Virus record (IMG/VR): IMGVR_UViG_3300032219_002784
Span: 1-33,309 of that record
DNA length: 33,309 nt
Origin: a virus
Taxonomy: Duplodnaviria > Caudoviricetes
Reading direction: 5' to 3' (one strand)
Positions 24,866 to 33,309 of the stretch are shown one piece after another; position 1 is the stretch's first letter, and every line of letters starts with the position of its first letter. The notes below the pieces were generated by a model, which did not search any database, was not told the DNA's origin, and saw only the letters and a program-made list of their open reading frames with translations. A program made the position numbers and the translations under genes.

Positions 24866-25096
24866 TTAGTTTGGTTTGCTGTTGCTGTCAGTTTCTTTGT
24901 CCAGCGATTCTTGAAGCATTTTTAGAAATGCATCTTTTCCAACTCTAAGCTGATCAAATTGAAATTGACAAGAAACGATTTTTCTATCCAAATCTACGCA
25001 ATGATCTAGCAAAAGTTTTTGATCTTGCGTAAAGTCTTCAAGGTTGTACTCTTTGCCTTCTATCGTAACGGTTTGGGGTTCTTTGTTGTTTCCCAT
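24866..25096 (-). CDS. hypothetical protein (76 aa), possible fibre chaperone
   Basis: AAGGAG RBS before ATG 25096; VTIEGKEYNLEDFT + coiled coil. Confidence 0.75.
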   Translation of the reverse strand: MGNNKEPQTVTIEGKEYNLEDFTQDQKLLLDHCVDLDRKIVSCQFQFDQLRVGKDAFLKMLQESLDKETDSNSKPN

Positions 25097-25136
25097 CTCG
25101 TCTCCTTTTGCCATCATCAAAGGCTGATGGTTTGCC

Positions 25137-25232
25137 TCAATATTTTCCCTCTGCAAAAATATTTACAAACACGGTGCCGTCAGGCGATGCAGGCTGATAC
25201 AGCGTGAAGTTGTTTGTGGCTGTGACACTCAT
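25137..25232 (-). pseudogene. 31-codon mini-ORF, probable chimeric gene remnant
   Basis: MSVTATNNFTLYQPASPDGTVFVNIFAEGKY; ATGA-coupled to upstream stop. Confidence 0.4.
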
Positions 25233-25387
25233 TCCTCCGCAGGCAACGGCTCGTTACCCTCAGCCAGCCATGCAAGGTACTGCTGGTAGTCGGAGTTGTC
25301 CGGATCGAAGGGGATGAAGGCGTTGTCGGAGAGCCGCTTAATACACCGCGCAACGCTCATCGGTGGGTCAGGAAGAAGTTGATACAT
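25229..25387 (-). CDS. tail fibre-associated small protein (52 aa)
   Basis: AFIPFDPDNSDYQQYLAWLAEGNEPLPA motif typical of genes following fibre genes. Confidence 0.8.
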   Translation of the reverse strand: MYQLLPDPPMSVARCIKRLSDNAFIPFDPDNSDYQQYLAWLAEGNEPLPAEE

Positions 25388-25389
25388 GG

Positions 25390-27045
25390 TCAAAGTTCCG
25401 CAGATGCTGTTGAATGAACGCCGATAGAGTTTCCTGGGTCTGTTAGAGATGGAGCAGTGCAATACCACTTAAATGAGCCTGTTGTTGCACCAAATAAAGT
25501 TGTTCCCGAGCAATCATTGGCAGTCGAACTGTTGTACGCCTGCGAGTTTGCGTTGACTGGATTAAAAAAAGTAATTGTCGGAGCGTTTCGCATTTCAACA
25601 GTGAATCTTGTGTCGTTGGAGCGAACAAATACCGCCCCAGTAGTACAAGCACTGAATGCTATTTCGCCGGTACTCGTACCCACTGCATTTGCTGGAGCAG
25701 TAGATGCCGCAAACGATTTCCAATAATACCGCTGGCACATCATCAATTCACGCCCGTAGTCTCTGCGCTCAAAGGGCGTGGCGACAGAGCCAGCTTCAAG
25801 CTGGACGCCGGTGATTTGCCATGTTGCGTTAAGTGTTCCTTCAATTCCCACCGAAGTAGAAGTGCGGATCAAATCGCCAGCCTGCCAAGAGCCAGCAGTT
25901 GCGGAAGTGCCTCCAGTTCCAAGGCAAAACAAGACCTTAAGTCCAGCAGTATTGTTGGTCGCCCATGTGCCTGTGGTGTCGCCGGTTGCGGTAACTGTTT
26001 TATATTCCCAAGTGTTGGCCGAGTTAATTGTGTAAGTAAACACATAACTTCTATTAGCTACACCGTTGGCAAAGTTTCCGGCAAAAGTGCCAGTTACGGA
26101 ACTTTTTATCCAAAACGAAAGCGTAAATGTAATTGCCGATGCTGTTCCCAACATAAAATCGGCGACATTATAGCCTTCAAAATATTGTTGAGTCAACGCG
26201 ACCGAACCTGCGTTCGCGGTGGTCGTAGTTACTTTCAAACTATTGATGAAGCCCGTGGGGGCGTCTGCAACTTGCTGAACTGACCAGCCGCTATTGTTCC
26301 GGTAGCAAGTCCAACGATCAACGCTGTAAAAGCTGCCGCCAGTTGTGGTGACAGCCGCCCCAGCATTCCTCTGGTCAATCCGCATATCGCCGTTGATGAT
26401 GCGGTTGCGAAAGCCCAGCGAGTTGACCGCAGAGATGTTGTTGCTGTTGACGGTAATCGAGGTAAACGCGCCGGTATTCGGAGTCGTCGCTCCCACAGTG
26501 CCGTTAATGTTGATGCTCGCCGTGCCGGTGAGGTTGGTAACCGTGCCCGAGGAGGGAGTTCCAAGGGCGCCACCGTTGACCACGAATGCACCAGCAGTTC
26601 CCGTGTTTACGCCAAGAGCAGTGACAACGCCCGTACCGGTTGTGATCGTAGAAGGAGCTACGCCCGCGCCGCCACCAACAACCAAGGCATTGGACGCTAG
26701 TGCCGCGGAGCTTGCGATGGTACTGGTGCCGGAAAAATAAGGAATACCGCCGGAGGTGCCGGAGGTGATGCCGGTTCCGCCATTTCCAACTACTAGCGTG
26801 CCTGCAACCGTTACAGCCCCGCCCGTGGCGGTCGAAGGCGTCAGACCAGTGGTGCCAAAGCTGATGGTCGTCAGATTGCTCTTAGACGCCAGCGTCTGAA
26901 CCACTCCCAAGTTGTCCTTGTAAAACAACTTGCCGTCGGTAATGTTGATCGCCAACTCGCCATCGGCCAAATTGGTGTTTGTTGGAACAGCAGCGGCAGT
27001 CGTGCTGTAGTACAACCTGATTGGGGTGTATCCTGCTTGAGACAT
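25390..27045 (-). CDS. tail fibre / receptor-binding protein
   Basis: N-terminal LADGELAINITDGKLFYK domain, Gly/Thr shaft, NRIINGDMRIDQRN...TGVQLEAGSVATPFE...CQRYY carbohydrate-binding-like module. Confidence 0.85.
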   Translation of the reverse strand: MSQAGYTPIRLYYSTTAAAVPTNTNLADGELAINITDGKLFYKDNLGVVQTLASKSNLTTISFGTTGLTPSTATGGAVTVAGTLVVGNGGTGITSGTSGGIPYFSGTSTIASSAALASNALVVGGGAGVAPSTITTGTGVVTALGVNTGTAGAFVVNGGALGTPSSGTVTNLTGTASININGTVGATTPNTGAFTSITVNSNNISAVNSLGFRNRIINGDMRIDQRNAGAAVTTTGGSFYSVDRWTCYRNNSGWSVQQVADAPTGFINSLKVTTTTANAGSVALTQQYFEGYNVADFMLGTASAITFTLSFWIKSSVTGTFAGNFANGVANRSYVFTYTINSANTWEYKTVTATGDTTGTWATNNTAGLKVLFCLGTGGTSATAGSWQAGDLIRTSTSVGIEGTLNATWQITGVQLEAGSVATPFERRDYGRELMMCQRYYWKSFAASTAPANAVGTSTGEIAFSACTTGAVFVRSNDTRFTVEMRNAPTITFFNPVNANSQAYNSSTANDCSGTTLFGATTGSFKWYCTAPSLTDPGNSIGVHSTASAEL

Positions 27046-27063
27046 GATTTACCTCGTCACTCG

Positions 27064-27540
27064 TTAGGTATTAAAAAGGATTTCGGCCTTTTTTTCAACT
27101 GACAGAACCCCGCGCAGGGCGTCTTTTACTGCCTCTGGCCGGACAAACTTGGCGGGGTCGTGTTCAACATATTCCCACCACAAAAACTGGTTTTCGCTCA
27201 AGCACGATCTGTCCTTGAGCAAATTGATGTTTTCGGGATGCCCGTAGATCAGCGGGTCAGAAACTGACCACAACACGATTCCTTTTTTGCCCTCGTCCCA
27301 AGCCAAGTGCTGGAAGAAGCTGTCGCACGAAATCCATGTTCGGCATTCTTGGATGAGCTTTCTTAGGTCAGGAGTGCTTAGGTCAACCCTGAAGTCCTCA
27401 ACCAGCGGCGCCTCACCAGAGACGCCAACTTGCACGATGGGATCGTCAATCATTGCAATCAACTCTCGCCAAAACGGATAGTTCTTTGGGTTCTCTTTGC
27501 CGCTCAAGAGCTTTTTGGAGTATGGAGAGATGATGATCAT
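27064..27540 (-). CDS. GT9 (heptosyltransferase-like) glycosyltransferase, C-terminal lobe only
   Basis: IIISP..KNYPFWRELI..IVQVG..ISCDSFFQHLA..GIVLW; only 158 aa. Confidence 0.75.
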   Translation of the reverse strand: MIIISPYSKKLLSGKENPKNYPFWRELIAMIDDPIVQVGVSGEAPLVEDFRVDLSTPDLRKLIQECRTWISCDSFFQHLAWDEGKKGIVLWSVSDPLIYGHPENINLLKDRSCLSENQFLWWEYVEHDPAKFVRPEAVKDALRGVLSVEKKAEILFNT

Positions 27541-28508
27541 GCGATGTACAACCTCCGATACGCTTTTTCGAGGCTGTCTTTCCAGTTCCAGCGATGCATC
27601 TTGCCGTAGATGTTATACGCCTCTAGGTCTCCAAAAAGATGATGCGCTTCAGCAATGGATCGGCACGGCACGATGTCCGGGTAGCAACCAAAAACGATTG
27701 GGTTTTTGATGTCCCGCAAAACATGGCTAAACACTACATGGTCGCCCTTGCCGTTGTTAAGCACCACAATTGTGTGATCTTTGTGATCGAGAAAATTGCG
27801 GAAAATTTTTTCGTCGCGCTCAAACATATCTTGGCTTGCCTCAGTCCTGATGCCGCCAGTTGGCGCTTTGAAGTGCCATGTCGCGGCGTCAGGGACAACC
27901 AAAATTTTGTACCCCATGCGAAACAGGGCAAATGTAAAAAGCGTCTCTTCTCGATGAGCAACACGCGACAAGCCGGTGTTGTAGTCAACGACTCCAGCAC
28001 GATACAAAAATGTGCAGTGCAGATGCTCGACCTCTTTGACCTCATCAATGCGTGACCATTGAATGTTGTGTTCAACATCAATATTCTCGATTTTTCCCGT
28101 CGATGGTTGTTCAGACGGTTTGATGCCGTAGGTCAACACCGAGCCACCGATGGCGCCCACATTGTCAGCAATGTGCTTGCACAGATTCTCAAGAACATTG
28201 GGTTCTGGAATTGAGTCGTCATCAATGCGCCAAACCCAATCGAAGCCCATCCAATTGGCAATCTGATGGTTGTGGTGTTGGCCCTTCTTTCCGGCGTAGA
28301 GCCATTCCCACTTGATGTCCTTGGTGGTTAGGACAGAGAAGATCGCCGAGTAGATAGGGTCTGACCTCAAGTCAACGGGGTTGTCGTTGTCGTCAAATAT
28401 GACGAGCTTGTCCACCTTGCGCGTCTGAGCGGCAACCGCCATCAGCACCATCGGTAGGGTGGTGTGCGATCTTCCCCGTGTCGAGATGGAACACAGCACA
28501 CTAGCCAT
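27537..28508 (-). CDS. GT2-family glycosyltransferase with C-terminal GT9 N-lobe-like extension
   Basis: IFDDND, WRIDDD (DxD), HREET; then VVLNNGKGDHVVF. Confidence 0.8.
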   Translation of the reverse strand: MASVLCSISTRGRSHTTLPMVLMAVAAQTRKVDKLVIFDDNDNPVDLRSDPIYSAIFSVLTTKDIKWEWLYAGKKGQHHNHQIANWMGFDWVWRIDDDSIPEPNVLENLCKHIADNVGAIGGSVLTYGIKPSEQPSTGKIENIDVEHNIQWSRIDEVKEVEHLHCTFLYRAGVVDYNTGLSRVAHREETLFTFALFRMGYKILVVPDAATWHFKAPTGGIRTEASQDMFERDEKIFRNFLDHKDHTIVVLNNGKGDHVVFSHVLRDIKNPIVFGCYPDIVPCRSIAEAHHLFGDLEAYNIYGKMHRWNWKDSLEKAYRRLYIA

Positions 28509-29823
28509 TTGTCAACCTATCTTTTTGAGGAGACGAATTTGTCCACCTACCGATGAGCAAGTTGAGTTTGTTGGCCTCATTGATTTCCGGGGGCGCACTG
28601 CTAATCGCTCCGGCTTCGTTGATGTACTCAAACTCAAAGCCCGGAAAATGCGATTCGTTTAGCCCGTGGATTTTGTGGTGCGGCCCCCAGAATCCTACCG
28701 GCTCGTTCATTGGGACGGTAAACAGCAGGTTCTTGCAGTGGCGCTTGAGCTTTTGCAGAACCTCGAGGCCGTTATCAAGATGCTCGATCACCTCAAAAGC
28801 AATGATGGTGTCGTAAAACTCAAAATCAAACTTGTTGATGTCAGCGTTGATGAACTTCGCGTCCGGCAACCACCGTTGCTCCGCGGCGACCTCCACAATG
28901 ATCGGATCGTAGTCAACGCCTGTGTAGTCAATGTCTTGCGGAAAAAACTGCGTGCCGTATCCGCTTGAGCAACCGATCTCAAGCACCTTCTTGCCCAAAA
29001 GATTTCTTGCGGCCCATTGGTAGCGCGTTATCTCTCGCGGAAAAACCTGATCGCCCTTGAGGAAAACCGCCCGCTCCCAGTAGTTGGACAGGCGCCAGCG
29101 ATACCAGTCAAGGTTGTATTTTTTGGCGAGCTTTAGAGAGTTGCGAAGGAAGATTTCGTTCCATTTCGGCACAAGAGACGCATCGTGCATCGTCGCCTCG
29201 CCCTTGTGGTAGATCGGAAAGACGCCCGTAAAAATTCCATTTTCCCAACTTTTTTCAGCGCACTGGATGACCTCAAAACCAGCCTTCTCTGTCTCGATGC
29301 AAAACTCGGTGTCTTCGCCTCCACCAACGCCGTACTCGGTGTTGAGCAAACCGATCTTGTCAAAGACTTTCCTGTGGATCATCACGCAGAAGAACACAGC
29401 AAAGTCTTTTCCAGCCGGGTCGGACTTGTCCTTGATGATGCAGGAGATGCCGCAGTTCGGATTTTTTTCAAAAGGCTGGTTAAGCAGATCAAGCCATATG
29501 TTTTTTGGCTGCTCCAGCAAGAACGCATCGTTGTTGAGCAAAACGATCTTGTCGCAAGTGGCCTGCTCGATGGCAACATTGTTTGCGCCCGCGTAGCCTA
29601 GCGGCTTGTCGCTCCAAACCACTTTGAAGTGATGCCCCATCCCGAGGCTCTCAAACTGGTTTTTTAGGGAGTTGATGTACCAGTAGGTGTTGTCAGTACA
29701 ACCGTTTGCCGAAACGATCAGCTCGACATCGTCCATGTTGGTGTACTTGAAGATGGCCTCTATGCACGGCTTGAGCAAGTCGTCGCAGTGGTTAAAGGTT
29801 GGAATGACAACGCTGTATTTCAT
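28501..29823 (-). CDS. GT2 glycosyltransferase fused to class I SAM methyltransferase
   Basis: SVVIPTFN, GYAGANN, LLNND, GGEDTEFC; then VLEIGCSSGYG and FEVIEHL. Confidence 0.9.
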   Translation of the reverse strand: MKYSVVIPTFNHCDDLLKPCIEAIFKYTNMDDVELIVSANGCTDNTYWYINSLKNQFESLGMGHHFKVVWSDKPLGYAGANNVAIEQATCDKIVLLNNDAFLLEQPKNIWLDLLNQPFEKNPNCGISCIIKDKSDPAGKDFAVFFCVMIHRKVFDKIGLLNTEYGVGGGEDTEFCIETEKAGFEVIQCAEKSWENGIFTGVFPIYHKGEATMHDASLVPKWNEIFLRNSLKLAKKYNLDWYRWRLSNYWERAVFLKGDQVFPREITRYQWAARNLLGKKVLEIGCSSGYGTQFFPQDIDYTGVDYDPIIVEVAAEQRWLPDAKFINADINKFDFEFYDTIIAFEVIEHLDNGLEVLQKLKRHCKNLLFTVPMNEPVGFWGPHHKIHGLNESHFPGFEFEYINEAGAISSAPPEINEANKLNLLIGRWTNSSPQKDRLTNG

Positions 29824-32800
29824 CAGAAGGTTCCGCCGGTTACGCCACTGGTCAAAGCATTTGTTGTGGCGTTGTATGTGAGATCGGAGTCAACAAACAC
29901 GCTCTGACTGCCAGTTGTGCCGGTCACAAAAGTCAGGTAGGCCGTAGTTGCTGAACTGGTTGTTACTGTAACAGTTGTTGGCGCGGCGCCGGAGAAACCG
30001 CTGAATCCAGACAATCCAGAAAAACCAGAAATTCCCGATCCCGAGAACCCAGAAATTCCACTAAACCCGCTGAACCCGGAAATTCCGCTAAATCCGGATG
30101 CTCCGTTTGCGCCGCTAAACCCGGAAATGCCTGAGCCGGAGTACCCGCTGATACCGCTAAACCCAGAGAACCCGGAGGTTCCTGTAGCCCCAGAAAATCC
30201 AGAAATACCAGAGCCAGAGAAGCCGCTTCTTCCACTAAATCCAGAGAAGCCGGATATGCCTGAAGCGCCCGAGAAACCAGAAATTCCAGAACCGCTAAAG
30301 CCTGAGATACCGCTAAATCCAGAAATGCCGGACGCCCCGGAGAATCCCGAAATACCAGAACCGCTGAAGCCGCTCCTGCCACTAAAACCACTAAATCCAG
30401 AGATGCCAGAGAAGCCCGAGATGCCAGACCCGCTATAGCCTGAAACACCACTAAACCCCGAAGTTCCAGTAGCCCCAGAAAAACCAGAGATGCCTGATCC
30501 ACTGAAGCCAGAAATTCCACTAAAGCCACTAAATCCGGAAGTTCCAGTGGCTCCAGAAAAACCAGAGATTCCGGAACCACTAAAGCCAGATATGCCGCTA
30601 AATCCTGAGAATCCAGAGATTCCAGAAGCTCCATTAGCTCCAGAAAATCCAGAAATACCAGAGCCAGAAAAACCAGAAATGCCTGATCCACTGAAGCCAC
30701 TAAATCCAGATATGCCAGAGGCGCCTGAGAAGCCAGAAATCCCAGATGCCCCAGTGACACCAGAGAAACCAGAGAAACCAGAGATTCCAGAAGCACCAGA
30801 AAATCCAGAAATTCCAGAAGCCCCGGTAGCACCAGAGAAACCAGAAATTCCGGAAGCTCCAGTGGCTCCAGAGAATCCAGAGAAACCGGAGATTCCAGAA
30901 GCACCTGAGAACCCAGAAATCCCAGAAGCACCTGAGAAACCGGAGATTCCGGAAGCGCCTGAGAAGCCAGAGATTCCAGATGCACCAGAGAAACCAGAGA
31001 ATCCAGAAATTCCTGAGAAACCGGAGATTCCAGAAGCACCTGAGAAGCCAGAAATCCCAGATGCTCCAGTGGCTCCAGAAAAACCGGAGACTCCTGAAGC
31101 ACCTGAAAAACCGGAGATTCCTGAAGCTCCGGAGAAACCAGAAATGCCAGACCCTGAAAAACCGCTGATTCCGCTAAAGCCAGAGAAGCCGGAAACTCCA
31201 TTAGCACCGGAAAAACCAGAAATTCCTGATGCACCAGAGAATCCAGAGATGCCGGAACCGCTAAACCCAGAAATGCCACTAAAACCGGATCGGCCACTAA
31301 AGCCGGAGATGCCGGAGGCGCCAGAAAACCCGGAGATACCAGAACCACTAAATCCAGAAATTCCGCTAAAGCCAGAAATTCCAGAAGCTCCGCTAAATCC
31401 AGAAATCCCCGATCCAGAAAACCCGCTTCTTCCACTGAAGCCAGAAAATCCAGAAGTTCCTGAAAAACCAGAAATTCCCGCTCCGGAATACCCGCTAATC
31501 CCACTAAAGCCCGAGAACCCGGAAACCCCGGCAGCTCCCGAGAAGCCAGAAATCCCCGATCCACTGAAGCCAGAGATACCACTGAAGCCGGAGAATCCAG
31601 AAACTCCACTAAAGCCGCTAAAGCCGGAGGTGCCTGCGCCAGAAAAGCCGCTTACACCACTAAAGCCAGAGATTCCCGATGCCCCTGAGAACCCCGAAAC
31701 ACCAGAGCCACTAAAGCCAGAAATTCCACTAAAGCCGGAAAGGCCAGAGGCTCCGCTAAATCCTGAGAATCCAGATGTGCCAGCGCCAGAAAAGCCGCTA
31801 AAGCCAGAAGTACCAGCGCCACTAAAGCCAGAAATACCGCTGGCTCCGCTAAAACCTGAAATCCCGTTGAGTCCAGAGAACCCTGAAATCCCACTAAATC
31901 CAGAGAAGCCTGAAATTCCACTAAAGCCGGACTGTCCTTGACCAGAGAAACCGCTGAACCCGGAAATTCCCGAACCACTGAATCCAGATATTCCGCTGAA
32001 ACCAGAGATACCGCTAAAACCAGAGATACCGCTGAAACCAGAGATACCGCTAAAACCAGAGATACCGCTGAAACCACTGATGCCGCTAAATCCGGATGTT
32101 CCCGTAGCCCCAGAAAAGCCAGAAATTCCTGATCCAGAAAAACCACTTCTACCGCTGAAGCCAGAAAATCCAGAAATTCCTGAAAAGCCGGAAAATCCAG
32201 AAATGCCTGATCCGGAAAATCCACTTATACCGCTGAAGCCAGAGACGCCCGATCCAGAAAATCCACTTGTGCCGCTAAACCCGGAAATTCCCGAAGTTCC
32301 GGAAAAACCGCTTATTCCGCTAAATCCAGAAAAACCAGAGATGCCAGAACCACTAAAACCAGAGCGTCCACTAAAACCAGAAATACCACTAAACCCTGAA
32401 ATTCCAGAGCCACTAAAGCCAGAACGACCACTAAATCCCGAAATGCCAGAAGCTCCAGAAAAACCAGAGATGCCGGAACCACTGAAACCACTTATTCCAC
32501 TAAAGCCTGAAAATCCAGAAATACCGGAGCCGCTGAAGCCTGAAATTCCACTGGAACCACTAAAACCAGAAATTCCAGATGCCCCAGAAAAACCGCTGAT
32601 CCCACTAAAACCTGAGAATCCAGAAATTCCGGAAGCGCCAGAGAAACCAGAAATTCCACTAAATCCGGAAATTCCCGAAGCTCCAGAAAAACCACTTATC
32701 CCGCTAAATCCGGAAAAACCAGAGACCCCAGAACCACTAAACCCTGAAATTCCACTAAAACCAGAGTTTCCACTAAAACCAGAAATGCCACTAAAACCAC

Positions 32801-33308
32801 TAAATCCCGAAGTCCCAGAAGCTCCAGAAAAACCAGAGATGCCAGAGCCGCTAAAACCGGAAATGCCACTAAAACCACTAAACCCTGAAATTCCAGAGAT
32901 TCCTGAAAAACCAGAAATTCCAGAACCACTAAAACCAGAAATTCCAGATGCCCCAGAAAAACCGCTTATTCCGCTAAAACCTGAGAATCCAGAAATTCCG
33001 CTAAATCCTGAAAAACCGCTGATTCCAGAGAACCCAGAAAAGCCGCTAACTCCTGAGCCGCTAAATCCTGATGTCCCGCTTATACCGCTGAATCCAGAAA
33101 TTCCGGAAAAACCGGAAAAGCCGGAAATGCCGGAGGAGCCAGAAAATCCGCTAATGCCAGAAGCGCCGGAGAAGCCACTAACCCCAGAGCCGCTAAAACC
33201 AGAGATTCCACTGAAACCAGATTGACCGCTGATTCCAGAAAACCCTGAAATACCGGAGAAGCCAGAAAATCCACTGATTCCAGAAAATCCAGAAAACCCA
33301 CTAATTCC
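29823..33308 (-). CDS. giant Gly-X-Ser repeat (collagen-like) fibre protein, 5' end outside window (>1160 aa)
   Basis: Single open frame from window edge (GGA ATT AGT) to TGA 29823-29825; GIS/GFS/GAS/GTS/GRS triplets; about 55-aa Thr-rich C-terminal domain ending GGTF; TGATG coupling to the GT gene. Confidence 0.88.
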   Translation of the reverse strand, partial: GISGFSGFSGISGFSGFSGISGFSGISGQSGFSGISGFSGSGVSGFSGASGISGFSGSSGISGFSGFSGISGFSGISGTSGFSGSGVSGFSGFSGISGFSGFSGISGFSGFSGISGFSGASGISGFSGSGISGFSGISGISGFSGFSGISGFSGSGISGFSGASGTSGFSGFSGISGFSGNSGFSGISGFSGSGVSGFSGFSGISGFSGASGISGFSGISGFSGASGISGFSGFSGISGFSGASGISGFSGSSGISGFSGSGISGFSGFSGISGFSGSGISGFSGASGISGFSGRSGFSGSGISGFSGISGFSGRSGFSGSGISGFSGFSGISGFSGTSGISGFSGTSGFSGSGVSGFSGISGFSGSGISGFSGFSGISGFSGFSGRSGFSGSGISGFSGATGTSGFSGISGFSGISGFSGISGFSGISGFSGISGFSGISGFSGSGISGFSGFSGQGQSGFSGISGFSGFSGISGFSGLNGISGFSGASGISGFSGAGTSGFSGFSGAGTSGFSGFSGASGLSGFSGISGFSGSGVSGFSGASGISGFSGVSGFSGAGTSGFSGFSGVSGFSGFSGISGFSGSGISGFSGAAGVSGFSGFSGISGYSGAGISGFSGTSGFSGFSGRSGFSGSGISGFSGASGISGFSGISGFSGSGISGFSGASGISGFSGRSGFSGISGFSGSGISGFSGASGISGFSGANGVSGFSGFSGISGFSGSGISGFSGASGISGFSGASGVSGFSGATGASGISGFSGASGISGFSGISGFSGFSGASGISGFSGASGISGFSGASGISGFSGASGISGFSGFSGATGASGISGFSGATGASGISGFSGASGISGFSGFSGVTGASGISGFSGASGISGFSGFSGSGISGFSGSGISGFSGANGASGISGFSGFSGISGFSGSGISGFSGATGTSGFSGFSGISGFSGSGISGFSGATGTSGFSGVSGYSGSGISGFSGISGFSGFSGRSGFSGSGISGFSGASGISGFSGISGFSGSGISGFSGASGISGFSGFSGRSGFSGSGISGFSGATGTSGFSGFSGISGYSGSGISGFSGANGASGFSGISGFSGFSGISGFSGSGISGFSGLSGFSGFSGAAPTTVTVTTSSATTAYLTFVTGTTGSQSVFVDSDLTYNATTNALTSGVTGGTF

Positions 33309-33309
33309 A

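Noticed and set aside
25390-27045. Diversity-generating retroelement target
   Set aside because: No reverse transcriptase or template/variable repeat pair visible in this window
29823-30014. 63-aa ORF as a complete gene
   Set aside because: It is only the C-terminus of the giant repeat ORF; the TTG is an internal Leu
30127-33225. Long plus-strand Pro-Glu/Lys ORFs (30127-30438, 30490-31941, 32080-33225)
   Set aside because: Antisense shadows of the Gly-X-Ser frame (GGN read as CCN); broken by stops, opposite to operon direction, no RBS
29963-33301. Minus-strand Leu/Val/Phe-rich ORFs (e.g. 29963-31609, 548 aa)
   Set aside because: Shifted-frame readings of the repeat; fragmented, while the Gly-X-Ser frame appears continuous and couples to the next gene
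29993-33309. CRISPR array, satellite DNA or ice-nucleation protein
   Set aside because: No constant repeat/unique spacer pattern; variation is synonymous (coding); lacks the AGYGST 16-residue periodicity

Overview
33.3-kb segment of a tailed dsDNA phage genome. The virion module is podovirus/P22-like, and a Gram-negative, probably betaproteobacterial host is inferred. Left arm (1-4900, minus strand): small early genes behind duplicated promoter/leader elements, a Ref-like nuclease, RusA, a YdaU/DUF1376 replication initiator with iteron-like repeats, a putative structured RNA, a Cro/YdaS-like regulator and tRNA-Thr(UGU). Divergent plus-strand block (5016-8596): PAPS-reductase-family protein, SSB-like protein and PD-(D/E)XK exonuclease. 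The rest is one minus-strand late operon ending at a terminator near 8600: internal/ejection proteins (one with an SLT domain), tail adaptor and nozzle proteins, an endolysin preceded by five membrane-protein genes (one T4-holin-like), and a tail fibre. At the right end is a translationally coupled cassette of GT2-methyltransferase, GT2 and split GT9 genes. It directly follows a >1160-aa Pro-free Gly-X-Ser (GIS/GFS/GAS) repeat protein, of which the ORF track shows only the last 63 codons. This cassette is the best candidate for an undescribed system: phage-encoded O-glycosylation of a Ser-rich collagen-like virion fibre. All family assignments are from motif recognition by eye; no database search was run.
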